Shown piece by piece: positions 1 to 13,289 of a DNA stretch of 64,000 nucleotides. The DNA is taken from contig OX597828.1 in the NCBI GenBank assembly GCA_951406725.2, forward strand, positions 4,712,001-4,776,000. The letters run 5' to 3'. Under the pieces are notes generated by a model, which was given only the letters and a program-made list of their open reading frames with translations, was not told where the DNA came from and did not search any database. The stretch's first letter is position 1. Each line of letters opens with the position of its first letter. This DNA is from Octopus vulgaris (lineage: Eukaryota). The position numbers and the translations under genes were made by a program.

Positions 1-54
1 TAAGACCGTCGGCTACTAACCCCAAGATTCCGAGTTCGGTTCCAGGCAGTGACC
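1..54 (+). mobile_element. 3' part of a tRNA-derived SINE head (tRNA-Asn-like), followed by an (AAT)n tail
   Basis: GTCGGCTACTAACCCC resembles the tRNA-Asn anticodon arm (GGCTGTTAACC) and GAGTTCGGTTCC is a B-box/T-arm. It runs directly into an AAT array and is truncated by the window edge. Confidence 0.5.
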
Positions 55-96
<42 letters not shown>

Positions 97-113
97 TAAT
101 AAAAATAATAATA
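55..113. repeat. (AAT)n microsatellite, 5' flank of the Dong-like element
   Basis: Direct reading of ataataataa... Confidence 0.95.
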
Positions 114-119
114 AAAAAA

Positions 120-3100
120 AGGGAAAACTATGCCCGGAGATAAATCTATCAACAAAAAAATACAGACGAATACAGATCTGCTAACCTTAAGAAACTGCGC
201 TACGAACAATGTTTACGTGCAGAGACTCCTAAACTGACAGATCCGTCTCTTAATGTAAGAGTCGAAGCTCGTCATGCTTCAATGTCAACAGAACAACCTA
301 CAATCCGCGATGGTCGCCGAGCGAACTACAAAAGACCACGTACTCGAAAATTGAACCAAAGTCTGATTGAAAAATCAGCTGCTGGATCAAATCTTCCCGA
401 CACACAGGAGCTGAACGTACCCCACAACTGGAATATTCCAACAGATGGCCATCCATGCTCGTCACCAAACACTCAAAAGAAAAAGAAGGAAAAATGGACT
501 AGGAAGATAATAAAGAAGTTCTTGCGGCCTTCTACCATGCCATATATTTCCCCACAGATAAATCGAACACTATACAAACCTACATAAACTGGAGATAGAA
601 ACACCATGAAGCAAGACCCTACATAGACAGTAACAAACTTGCCAACGTCAGAAGAAACATTATAAAAAATAAATTACTGACTGAAGTAGAGATAGATCAA
701 ATTAGACAAGCAGTAACGGATAAAATGAACGAAGCTGCAGCTAAAGAAGATAATACAGAGGAAACAATTATAGACCAGCCCAGGGCTGATACAAACGAAG
801 TAAGGATTGAAAGAGTTAGTATAAGTGATAGGCAAAGTGAAATACACCCTGAACCAATCATAAATACTAAGACAGATGAACATCAAATCGATGAAGAGAG
901 TCACACAAATATTGACCCAACAGAACTACATGAGCTAAAAAGTCAAATCATGATTGAATGACTGAAAATTAAAGAAACCAGTATGAATGAACGTGATACA
1001 CTCCCTAAAATCCGCAACTCTGACCAAAACATGAAAATAATTGGTAAAACCCGGCTTGCACTTAAGGATATAATTTCAGCTAATGATGTTGATATCACAT
1101 ATCTCAACCACCTATACTATGCATCCGCGAAAATCTCAACGATCCTATGTGGTGAAAAGATTAGAAAACGGCAACATTTCCACAAAAAGCCTTCTTGGCA
1201 AGAGCGTATCCAACAACAAATTAAACTATTTAGTTCTGACATTGAATATTTGAAAAACCTTAAGGTTCATAAGACTACCAAACCTACAAAAACCCCAAAA
1301 CTAATGAAAAAATATAATATGAAAATTATACTTGATATTGATGCCACCATAGAAACCATCAAGCAAAAGGTACCTGCTAAAGCTGCCCGCATGGCGAGGT
1401 ATGAACAGCGTGCTAGATTCTTCAAGGACAACAACATGTTCAAAAATAACCCCAAAAAGTTTTACAGTAAGATAGGAAAAACACCACTTACTGTAAAGTC
1501 TGTACCATCAAAGAAGAAGTGCAGGCATTTTGGAATAAAATTCGGACAGAAGAAAAAACACACAGCGAAAAGCCCCCCTGGATTGATAGAGTATCTAAAG
1601 AACTGGACTCCTTAGAAGAGCAAAAGCGGGAGGGTGTCAAGGTAGAAGATATAAGATCTGCTCTCAGGAGTTCAAGCAAATGATAATACAGAGGAAAGGA
1701 TAAAATTCCTAACTTCTGGTTGAATGCCTTCCCAGAGAGCCATGAACTGCTAACAGAACTTTAGAATGATGTTTTGCAACACCCTAGTAGGATGCCTCCT
1801 TGGCTAGTTAATGGGTTAACATTCCTGCTTCCAAAAAGTGAAGAAGCAAATGAACCAAAAAACTATAGACCCATAACTTGCTTAACAACTATGTATAAAA
1901 CACTAACATCTGTCCTGACGGAATATACCTATAGTTTTTTGACAGACAGCAGCATACTCCCTAATGAACAGAAAGGATGTAAACGTGGATCCTACGGTTG
2001 TAAAGATCAACTACTCATCAATAAGATGATCTTAGATGATTGTCACAAACGACACAAAAACTTATCAATAGCCTGGATAGACTATAAAAAGGCTTTTGAT
2101 AGCCTACCACATAGCTGGATTAAGAAATGCCTATAAATGTATAAGATAGCACCTACTCTGCGAAACATTTTGTCTGTAAGTATGAGATCATTTAGAACCA
2201 CACTAACTTTGAACAGCGACAATGAATCTCTAAATGCTGGTAATGTAAAAATTCCATGTGGCATTTTCTAAGGTGACTCACTATCACCACTCCTCTTCTG
2301 CTTAGCCTTAATACCTCTCTCAAAACTGCTCAATGACGCGCAGTACGGATATAAAATATTTGATAAAAATATAAATCATCTCATTTACATGGATGATTTA
2401 AAGCTCTTTGCAAAAAATGACCAACAACTCAAGGGCTTACTAGCGATTGTCAAACAATTCAATGATGACATCAGAATGCAATTTGGCCTCGATAAGTGTG
2501 CAAAAGCTACCTTTATCAAGGGAAAAATGACAGAAACATCTAACGTTAACCTACCAACAAGAAACTACCAGGCCAACATATTAAAGATCAGCAGCAGTCC
2601 AACTTGTCGTGTAAGCCAGCAACAAAATGAAACCATTGATCATGTGGTCTCCAAGTGCAGTCTTCTAGTGCCTACAGAGTATCTCAACAGGCACGATAGA
2701 GCTGCACAATATATTCACTGGGTAATCTGCAAAAACCTGGATTTGCCCCATGAAAAAAAACTGGTGGGAACACAAACCACCCCCAGTGCTTGAAAATGAC
2801 CTCATCTCACTCCTCTGGAACTTCACCATTCAAACTGACAGAAAGATAGATGCAAATAGTCCAGACATCATATTGAAAGACTTCAAACAAAGAACATGCC
2901 TCCTCACTGTCCCAATCGATATAAACGTATCTGTCAAGACCTACCAAAAACTGAGCAAATATAAAGATCTTGAAATAGAAATCAGCAAAATATGGAACCT
3001 GAAGACTAAAACAATACCTGTTGTCATAGGTGCCCTGGGAATGATAGCAAAAGGGGCTGACAGCTACCTAACTCAGATACCAGGAAACCAAAAAATTGCA

Positions 3101-3346
3101 GAAATTCAAAAGATAGTGCTCATGGGAACTGCTCATATCCTACGCAAAATACTCTCTATGTAATCTCAAGGTTTAAAACAAACATTTTTTCTTTTTGTTT
3201 TTAGACATCCACCAGTGCAACACAAAAACAACCAAATATATGGCACACTAGGCATAACAACAACGTGAACTTCCAACCTGTTGTCTCCTAAGGACTCTGG
3301 GTGAGACTTGGAGCCAACTTGTAGAAATATAAAGCAAAAGTCAAAC
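120..3346 (+). mobile_element. R4/Dong-clade non-LTR retrotransposon (RT + RLE), near full length but inactivated
   Basis: Fragmented single ORF with N-terminal KEKWTR; RT motifs KNYRPITCL, EQKGC, WIDYKKAFDS, GIF*GDSLSP (stop at 2269-2271) and YMDDLK; degenerate zinc knuckle CRVS..ETIDHVVSKC; RHD motif; RLE PDII..D..K..KY ending at 3163; then about 180 bp of 3' UTR. TAA arrays flank both ends. Confidence 0.9.
282..3163 (+). pseudogene. Disrupted RT/RLE polyprotein ORF of the Dong-like element
   Basis: ORF-track pieces 282-587, 725-961, 983-1615, 1774-2136, 2389-2793 and 2750-3163 are collinear domains separated by stops and frameshifts. Confidence 0.88.

Positions 3347-3424
<78 letters not shown>
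3347..3424. repeat. (TAA)n microsatellite, 3' flank of the Dong-like element
   Basis: Direct reading. Confidence 0.95.
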
Positions 3425-3425
<1 letters not shown>

Positions 3426-3563
3426 GTAGCTTGCTTACCAACCACATGGTTCTGGGTTCAGTCTCACTGCGTGGCAACTTGGGCGAGTGTCTTCTACAAT
3501 AGCCTCGGGCCGACCAAAGCCTTGTGAGTGGATTTGGTAGACGGAAACTGAAAGAAGTCCGTC

Positions 3564-3657
<94 letters not shown>

Positions 3658-3750
3658 ATGTGTGTGTGTCTGTATTTGTCCCCCAACATCGCTTGACAAC
3701 AGATGCTGGTGTGTTTACGTCCCCGTAACTTAGCAGTTCGGCAAAAGAGG
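3423..3750 (+). mobile_element. Octopus-type tRNA-derived SINE with internal (TA)n(TG)n, truncated at both ends
   Basis: Collinear with the reverse complement of the complete copy at 53148-53546 (TAAGTAGCTTG..GGTTCAGTC..GCCTTGTGAGTGGATTTGGTAGACGGAAACTGAAAGAAG). Confidence 0.85.
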
Positions 3751-3833
3751 GAGATAGATTAAGATCTGAAAAATTCTTGTATTTCTATTATGAATATTAC
3801 CCTGACGGGTACTCAGCTAGTATACACACACAT

Positions 3834-3901
<68 letters not shown>

Positions 3902-3980
3902 ACGAAGAACGAAGATACTACTTGGGTACATTTTAATTTTCCTTTATATAACTACATTAAAAGAAGAATGTTTTGGTTTT

Positions 3981-4020
3981 GTTACACATGTTCGGATTTT
4001 TGAAAAACCTTATCAAAGAT
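3981..4020 (-). ncRNA. Degenerate hammerhead-like motif downstream of the PLE remnant
   Basis: Minus strand reads TTGATAA GGTTTTT C AAAAATCC GAAC ATGT GTA: mutated core, a stem II and palindromic ACATGT. Confidence 0.35.
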
Positions 4021-4213
4021 AGTGCGGTCAAGACTTGCTTTCTATAGAAGTGGCTGTAGCAGTCGAATAACTAGGAGTAGTAGTAATAATAGACGTCGTT
4101 CTGAAGTTGTCCCCGCTGAGGTTTCAACAGAAATCGGGTTCTTCGAACCTTTGTCTTTATTTCTTATGAATAACTTGAATATCCATATATCCATATATAT
4201 ATATATATATACA

Positions 4214-4256
<43 letters not shown>

Positions 4257-4329
4257 CATACATACATATACAGTTATGTATACACATGCATTAAAATGCA
4301 CATGTATAAAAATAAGTCTCAGTTTGCGA

Positions 4330-5460
4330 CTTTAAATAATTTTGACTAGGTCGATACTTTCTTGTGAAATGCATCTCCTTGGTATTCCGTTCATTTTGGC
4401 TAGCATTGTCTTTTGAATTTGTATAATGGAAAAGTTGAGAATTTGTGAAATTTGTTGGATGCACATTCATCGATATGCTGGCTGAGAGGTATTTTCCTGT
4501 ATCCCTGGTTGTCTAAGTTCTTGTGTATTTAGTTTAAATACTCGTTGGATCGTATTGGCGATTAAGGTTTGTGGGTAATTCCTATTGATGAGTGTGGTTT
4601 TCAATTCCTGGAATCGTGTGTAACGGGTGTTTGCATCTGATACTTTTGTGCATATTCTTTTGGCTAAACAAAATGGGATATTCCATCCTGGTATGTCTCG
4701 GGTGGCTAGAATCAAATGGCAGGTACTGTTTCGAGTCCGTGGGTTTGTAATAAATACCTGTCTCTGTTTTGTTCCCGACTTTCTTAATAAGGATATCTAA
4801 AAACGGTAGTTGTTCCTGGTTGTACTCTATTGTAAATTGGAGGTTTTCATTTATTCAATTTAGAAGTGTTTGGAATTCGTTAAGTTTTTTAATACATTCA
4901 TTCAAGAGGATGATGCAGTCATCGTGATATTTTTTTTTGGTTGCAGTTCTCTTGAATGTAGATTGAAAAGTAATTTACATATTTCTTTGGTATAGTTTAA
5001 TTTCCAGATAGCCCATTACCAGGTTCCCAAAGCAAGGTGCAGCCCGTGTTCCTATTGCTGTCCCCAATTTTTGTCGGAAGTAGTCATTGTTAAATATAAA
5101 ATAATTGTTTTCTGGGATAAATCTTAGTCCTATTATGAGTTCTTTTTTAATGCGAGACAGGGGTTCATAGGTATAATTGTCTGACCAGAATGTGAAGGCT
5201 TTTATTCCTAGGGTGTGGGGAATATTTGAATAAAGTTTGACTACGTCGAAGTACACTAGCAGTGCTTTCTCATTGGCCGTTTTGGGTCGGTGGTTGAGCA
5301 TGCCCAGATTATCTCTTCTATAACGCTTGATGTGTTTGAAGAAGGGCTTCAATAGAGTGTCCAGGAAGTAGCTGAGGCGGTGGGTTTTGCATGCTGGACC
5401 TGCTATTATTGGGTTTAGTTTCATGTCATCAGAAAGTAAGATAACCGGAGGCTTAACATC
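4330..5460 (-). mobile_element. Penelope-like element RT remnant
   Basis: LNPIIAGP, FDVVKLYSNIP, FRQKLGTAIGTRAAPCFGNLVMGYLE, then DDCI, LPFLDI, YYKPTDSKQY and NIPFCLAKRICT..LINRNYP. These are typical PLE RT/thumb motifs, with frameshifts. Confidence 0.85.
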
Positions 5461-6961
5461 ATTTAGGAGCTTTCAGAAAGCAGGCTTGAGAACACTAGTG
5501 ATGGGCAGCAATGCTTGACCTGGTCACCTCTACGTACGATGGCACCTCTGGGACCATTCAGCGGGCATGATCCCGGCCCATCAAGCAAGGTCATGAAAGA
5601 GAAGCAGAAACGGAAAGACGATGTTTCTCCTGCAAAACTTACTTTGTACTAAATGCAATGAAAGCATTGTACTTGTCAATATCTTTTTAGATGTGACGTA
5701 GTTTTGGAAGGCATATATTGCTTACCCTCAGGCTATTCAAATGTGTACCTGTTGTGTATCACATTTGCGCGTTTGCTTCTAATTTAATCCTTCTAAATAC
5801 ATCGTTGTATTTTATATATGTATCAGTATCGCCCTTTTTTAAATTTCATTTTGTTACACTGACAATGTAATATTCAAGTTATTATATTTCTAATAGGCTT
5901 TGACCGAGCCTCTTTCACTCGTACCCAGCAGTTTTCTCGGACATCGCCTCGCCTCTCAACATATCTTTTCCTTTTATAATTTAACATATACCATTTGGAA
6001 GCGTGCTAAATATGTACGCCATTATGCATAAATGTAATAAATGCAAATAAATAAACGCTTTACAAAAACAATTATTTATATAAGAAGAGGAAAACTTGCA
6101 CAAATGCAGACATTTCCATGAAAAAGTTTATTTGGAACCGTATTAGATTCATCCTAAATGAAGTCATTCAAAGTAAACAATGGTTATGTGTCCTTTGTTT
6201 TAGAACATATGGTATTTTACTTCAATTTTCATATTTCAAATGCATTCGCCTACTGAATTAAAAAGTCACTCAACGTATTTCATTACTGAACGCAAGAACT
6301 TTATCCCAATATATCTGTAAGATTTTACGAGATGATAACTCAGTCATTCCATCTTGTAGGAATTTTATTTCTACGTCAACAACAAAATGTAAAAATAATC
6401 ATACTTAACATCTGTTCTGTCTCGCATCTCTTTTCAAGCAGAACCATTGCTTGAAATCTGCATGGACTTAAATCCTATCATTATTCACAAAATTATTTTT
6501 AGTTTTCTATTCCTTTCAAAGTGAATTAAAAACTTTCTAATTCAAAAGCACCAAATGCAATATAATGTGTATCGATCTAAAGATTTCAAATACAAATCCT
6601 ATTAATAGCGTTGTGAAATCTTCTTCAGATGTTTGTGTCAACTAATGCTAAATAGAAATCTCATACCAATAATTAAAAGCATTTGATAAAGTAATTCAAA
6701 GTATGGTGAAACAAAATTTTAGTTGGGATCGCTTTTCTATTTCTTAAGCTATTTGAATAAATCCAACTCTCTTGTGTAAATTATAGTAATATACATCCGT
6801 ACATACCAATATACACATACGCAGGAATACATACTCAAAAAATGCATGTATATAAATAAATTACACACACACATTTACGTACACACACATTCAACACTTA
6901 CGCATATTATCACATGCACATTAACACATACGCACACACGCACACACACACACATACACAC

Positions 6962-7068
<107 letters not shown>

Positions 7069-7699
7069 CTCTTTATTTTATCCCTGATTTCCTCAGTCTT
7101 CAAGGCCGGTTTACCATTGACATGGAGTATGATTTGAAATCAGAATAAATAGATATCACATGGCACCCCAGGAGATGCTTTGGTTATATATTTATCGATC
7201 TCTGAATGTATGAAAACAGTTGATCTTGACAGGATTTGAACTCAGAGCACAGAGAAGTGGATCAAATTTTGCAAGAACCTTCAATCAAGCATCATTAGTG
7301 ACCACACAGTGGTTTTCACAGGTCCAATTAGTGTGTAAATTATGTTAGTATACACCTATGTAGTTGTGTAATAAAGAATTCGTCTAGTAATGAAAATGTA
7401 AATTCTTAATAACATTCTAAAATCAACTTCAGTCAAATTACGTCAAATTTTATGTCGGACAGGTTTTCATAGGATGACAAAAATTTTCTGAAAAATGTAG
7501 GAACATATAAACATGTCGCTTCCGCAGTTGCGATCGAAAATATTGAGCTCGAAGCTCTATTTTAACGCGCAAAACATTGCTTAAGTAACTTTATTCTGAT
7601 CTACACTTTTATTGATGATAACCTGCTGAATTGAATTTGACGGGCGGAAATATATATTTTTACATGTATACATAAGTGATTCTGTGTGTGTTTGAGTGA

Positions 7700-7749
<50 letters not shown>

Positions 7750-7752
<3 letters not shown>

Positions 7753-8040
7753 AGTGTCTTGTATTATAGCGCCGAGTAGTCCAAAGTCTCGTGATAGGAT
7801 TAAGTAGACGCAAACTGAAAAAATGCCCGTCCTATGTGTGAATGTGCTGGTGTTTATTACTCACACCGCAATAAAACCGATATTGTTTTGTTTACAGTTC
7901 CGTGACGTAATAATTCGTTAAATAGACCGATTGAATAAATACCAGCCATAACAAAAGAACTGTGGTGGATTCGTTCGTCTAAAAGCCTTGAAGGACATGT
8001 CTAAGACCGGCGGCAGTTAGATGATTGAAACAAGTAATTC
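7750..8040 (+). mobile_element. Degenerate copy of the octopus-type SINE
   Basis: CAAGTGTCTT..GTAGACGCAAACTGAAA..GATTGAAACAAGTAA matches the 53148-53546 family. Confidence 0.6.
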
Positions 8041-8073
8041 ACACATAGAGGTTAGTGTTGTTTGAGCGCGCGC

Positions 8074-8128
<55 letters not shown>

Positions 8129-8455
8129 CACACACACACACACACATATGATTGATTGATTGATTGACAGTTTCAGCTTATGACATGCTGGGGCACCGCC
8201 ATTTATATATATATATAAGAAATGTTATGTTATGTTTTTTGTATTAAAAAAAATATTCAACCGATGTGGTTCAATTTGTTTGTTGATCAAAAGCTGTCTC
8301 AATTTTCTGATTATTTAAATTTTATATATATACATATGTGTGTGTGTGTATGTATGGGTGTATATATATATATATATATGAACATATATATGCATATACA
8401 TACACACACACACATATATAAATGAATAAATATTCAAAAGGAATAATCGTAAATA

Positions 8456-8456
<1 letters not shown>

Positions 8457-8545
<89 letters not shown>

Positions 8546-8546
8546 C
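8457..8546. repeat. (TTA)n microsatellite
   Basis: Direct reading. Confidence 0.95.
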
Positions 8547-9355
8547 ATTCAGTAGTTTTATTTTTATAGCGTGCTTTCACTTCACTACCGAGCGCAGCTC
8601 TGGGTGCCTTAGGTATGTGCTGTGATTCGTTGTGATGCTCTGATGGTTATTGTATGGAAAGTGTTCTGCGTAGGATGTGTGCAGTGCCTAGTAGTGCAAT
8701 TTTCTCTATGTTATATGTGTTTGTAAGTCCTGGTGTTTTTGTTATGTATTTGTCTGAATATTTTTTTATCATGCCTAATGCACTTACTATGATAGGAATT
8801 GTTTCTGTTTTTAGATTCCACATTCTGGTTACCTCTATTTCCAGGTCTTTGTATTTTGAAAGTTTCTCCATTTCTTTTAGAGACACGTTGTCATCTGCCG
8901 GTATTGATACATCAATTAGAAAGCATTTTTTTTCTTTATGATCTCTGACAACTATATCTGGTCTGTTGGCCTTAATTTCTCTATCTGTGTGTATCGGCAT
9001 ATCCCAGAGTATGGTTGCTTTCTCGTTTTATGTGACCTTTTCTGGTGTGTGCCTATACCATCTTTTTTCTGTTGCTATTCCATAATGTTGGCATAGCTTC
9101 CAGTGTATGTAGGTTCCAACTTTGTCATGTCTGTGAATATATTCCTTCTTAGCTAGGACTGGGCAGCCAGAGATAATATGATTTATTGTTTCTTGTCCAT
9201 CTCCACATATTCTGCAGTTACTTGTTATATTTCTTTTCACTACATGTTTTTGGTAATTTCTGGTGGGGAGGCTTTGGTCTGCAATTAAAAATCCCTCTGT
9301 CTCTGCTTTGAGTCCTGATCTTCTCAACCATTGCTGGATTTTTCTTTGTCTATAT
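8547..9355 (-). mobile_element. 5'-truncated R4/Dong-like retrotransposon (second family) embedded in a TAA array
   Basis: GLKAETEGFLIA, CRICGDGQETINHIISGC (CCHC), RHD and RPDIVV..CFLIDVSIP..EKLSKY (RLE). One in-frame stop at 9028-9030, about 100 bp of 3' UTR, and TTA arrays on both sides. Confidence 0.9.
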
Positions 9356-9492
<137 letters not shown>

Positions 9493-9859
9493 AGCGGTAA
9501 ATCTAAATAATTGATAATAACAATAACAACAATTTTAGTGGCAGCAAGCGATATTAGAATTAAACAGATGTACATTAAATTCTAAATTATATTAAAGGGT
9601 ACACGAAGCACCAGCTTGCTATACTTTATTCTATGTTCTCTTAGCTGCGATGATGTGTTAACTTTCACTCGTTTGCCCGATTTTTGTTGGTCCGTTACAT
9701 ATTTGTACGGAGATTAGTGGTTAAGTTGGGAGTATTTTGTTCCACATTATAGCAAGCTCGTGTTTCGTGTACCTTCTAATATAATTCACACACACACAGG
9801 CACACACACACACATACATATATATGTATATATATGTATATGGATATATACATATATAC

Positions 9860-9917
<58 letters not shown>

Positions 9918-10339
9918 ATATATACATATATATGCATGCATATACATACAGCATACACAATAAAAGACACATAAATTTACACACACATTCGCCGACGCAG
10001 TTTTCTATATCTAAATCGATTGGCGAATATTATCTCCGAGATATAAATTATGCATTCAGTTTTAGGATCTTCAACACCATAAAAAGGAAACTGTGTGAAT
10101 TAATTACAATTGTAACTATAATTAATTGAAATTTTCCCCCAATTGTGTTGCATATAGGAATCTGATAATATATACATACCAACACATTTATTCTCACGAT
10201 GCTTGTGTTTCGACAATTTTCCAAATTATTTTGTTGAGATGTTTCTATCAGTGGGCACTGTCATCAATTAATAGGTTCTTTTTATCATACATAGATCTTT
10301 CATAACGATGTTTGGCTCGTTAACATTTATTTCTCCCTC

Positions 10340-10640
10340 TATATATCCTATTATCCTATAGGATGGTAACATTCTCACCTAGAGTGTTTGGCTGTGGATG
10401 GTGTTCATACCAGTTCACAGTGTACTAGATATCATAGTTAGGGTATATTACTCATGGCAAGTTTGTTATCACAGAGTCTACACATCGGGGTTTCCTTTTT
10501 GTCCGTGATATTAGCTTGATAGTTCCAGGTAGAGAGAGCTTGATTTTTTGCCGCTAGGATAACGACTGTTTCGGCTTTCAAGCCAGTGTTCTCCAGGCAC
10601 TGATGTTCATCAGCTTCTCCGTGCACTGACCAAACCACAT
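10340..10640 (-). mobile_element. Old R4/Dong-like fragment
   Basis: LENTGLKAETVVILAAKNQALSTWNYQANI..PMCRLC, followed by a WYEH-like segment. Confidence 0.7.
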
Positions 10641-11609
10641 ATTTTACTTAAACAGAAAGGTGAAAGCGGGCAAATGAATAAAAATTCTAAAACCCCGTGC
10701 CAATGAGGGAAATAATCGAAAATTGTAAAAGACAGATATACCATATCACCGTGATTTCGAACTTTGCGAAAAAACTTCAACTTCAGCGAGTCTTGCTGTC
10801 CCCAACATACTGCCGACAAGTGTCTCTCTATGGCCTTCTATACAGCGATTATAGTGTGCAAAATGGACTACGATCTCGTGGACATTATAGATGTTGAAGA
10901 GATTCGATGACGTTGTGGATAATTTCCAGAAACCTCTTGTCTGTGGGTGTGACCAGAGGCATTTCCGGTTTAGGATATTCTCTAAGACGATTGTATTGAT
11001 TCAGACAATGTTGAAGGGGACGTCCTGAGGTAACGATTGGGCAGAAGTGTCACAATCTCTTGCACATCAAGTGGACCAACAACCGAGGGAAATGACAGAT
11101 ACAGGAGTGGTGTTATGAAATATCATTACCTAGAAAAAAATCAGAGAATCAGTCAACGAAGAAAGGAAAATATATGCAGTACAGTATTGTTTCTAGTTCG
11201 CGGATTTTCGCATATAGCGAGGGGTTTTCGAAAGTAAAACCCGCGATAGTCGAGAGTTTACTGTATATATATATATATATATATATAAAACTTCTATAAT
11301 TATAAACATAATTATGATTATAGAATAATTTGTTTAACTTTGTCTGTAATGGTTATTTTAAAGTATCCATCTATTTGATAAAATTATTAATTAATTGATT
11401 AATTAATTAATTAAATTAATCAATTTTACCCTTTTTATTATTAATTTGAAGTTATGGGTATAAATATATATATCAATTTATGTGCCCGTTTATTTGAACA
11501 TCACCTGTATGTTATTGAAGTTGACTGTGGTACTTACCTCTGTTGATATATCTATATCTTTAAATGCTTGCGTAAGTGCCTATCTGCATTTTTGTGCGAT
11601 TATGTATAC

Positions 11610-11968
<359 letters not shown>

Positions 11969-13117
11969 TGTTTATATTATTATTTGATTGAACGCCACGC
12001 ATCCATTTCCAAGTAAGTTTATATATATACATACAAATATCTCTTCGATTTGTGACACATCAGTTAGCGAGACAAATCGTTGGCAGGAAATTTATTTAAG
12101 TAGAGTTTAATATTTGTATGGTTAAATACTGTCTTCTATTTAGGCAATTTGTTTCAGCTTTGTGTAATGAGACTTAAGTGATGCATGAAGATAGCTAGAT
12201 GATAATTGGTAAGATTCTTGCATCAGCGTTAGATGGTAGTTATAGGAGACGAATTAATGACCCAATTGGAAAATATCTACTTTGGAAAACTACAACATAA
12301 GCTTCAGGCAATGATCAATACATCCGTGAATTTGTAGCAAATGAAAGCGTTATTAATTAATTTGACAAATACTGGGATATGGAAGGCAGTAAAAAGACAT
12401 TAGAAGTTATTAGAGAGCATTTCATTTAATTTTGAGCTTTGTAAATAAACGCTTATATCAATTCTACGACTACATCTGTATATATTCGAAGCGGTTAGTG
12501 GAAATATAACCAGGTATTTTAGAGCATTCAGATGATATAAATGGGTAACTTTTCGTGGAGAGATTTTCAAATTTGTTAATATAATTATAGATTTAGATGA
12601 TTAAGGCTGGTGTTAATTCGGAGCGTTGAATGGAACTGTAATGCGCAAAGGTGTTAGATACCTAGAAATATAAGATAAATTCATGTGACATCTATTGTCA
12701 AAAAAACAACTTAAAATTAATTATGCAGATGTAATTTAACGGTGATTGTGTTTGTGCACACACACACACACGCAAACACACGCACACACACACACACAGA
12801 CATATGTATTTAATATGAAGATATTTAGACCTCTTATAGGGGTAGTCTTATCCAGGAGAGCCTGGTTTAATAGATTATAATTTGAAGAGATATTTCTTCA
12901 ATAAACATACAAAAAAAAATATTACTAGCAAGTTTAAAAAAGGAGCGATTCAATATATATATATTAATTTGTTAATTAATTAGCATTGCCTATAAATTGT
13001 TTTGCTTCACACCTAATTTAAATTATAAAACATATATAATAATATAAGTTTTCATTTTAACTATCATTGGTAGAAGACTTTCAGGGCAATATGGACATTA
13101 CATTTTGAGCAGATGAT

Positions 13118-13159
<42 letters not shown>

Positions 13160-13289
13160 TGTCTGCGTATTTATGCGCACGTGTGTGTGTGAGCTTTTTG
13201 TGCCTTTTTCGGGAAAGCATTCATGAGGTATATCGATTATACAATTTCACTTACTCATGGTCTAACCCTCACAGTCGATCTATCGACTC

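Noticed and set aside
1-54. Functional tRNA gene
   Set aside because: The anticodon and T stems are mismatched and the sequence runs into an AAT tail, so a SINE head fits better. It is also truncated by the window.
3166-3733. ORFs rich in YI/HT/CV/poly-I repeats, here and throughout the window
   Set aside because: They are translations of (TA)n, (CA)n and (TAA)n microsatellites, not proteins.
10235-10270. Hammerhead-like TTGATGA CAGTG CC CACTG ATA GAAAC on the minus strand
   Set aside because: It has a 2-nt loop, extra bases before GAAA and no convincing stem I.
12150-12670. Possible decayed coding or TE region
   Set aside because: No diagnostic motif could be read in the frames I checked.
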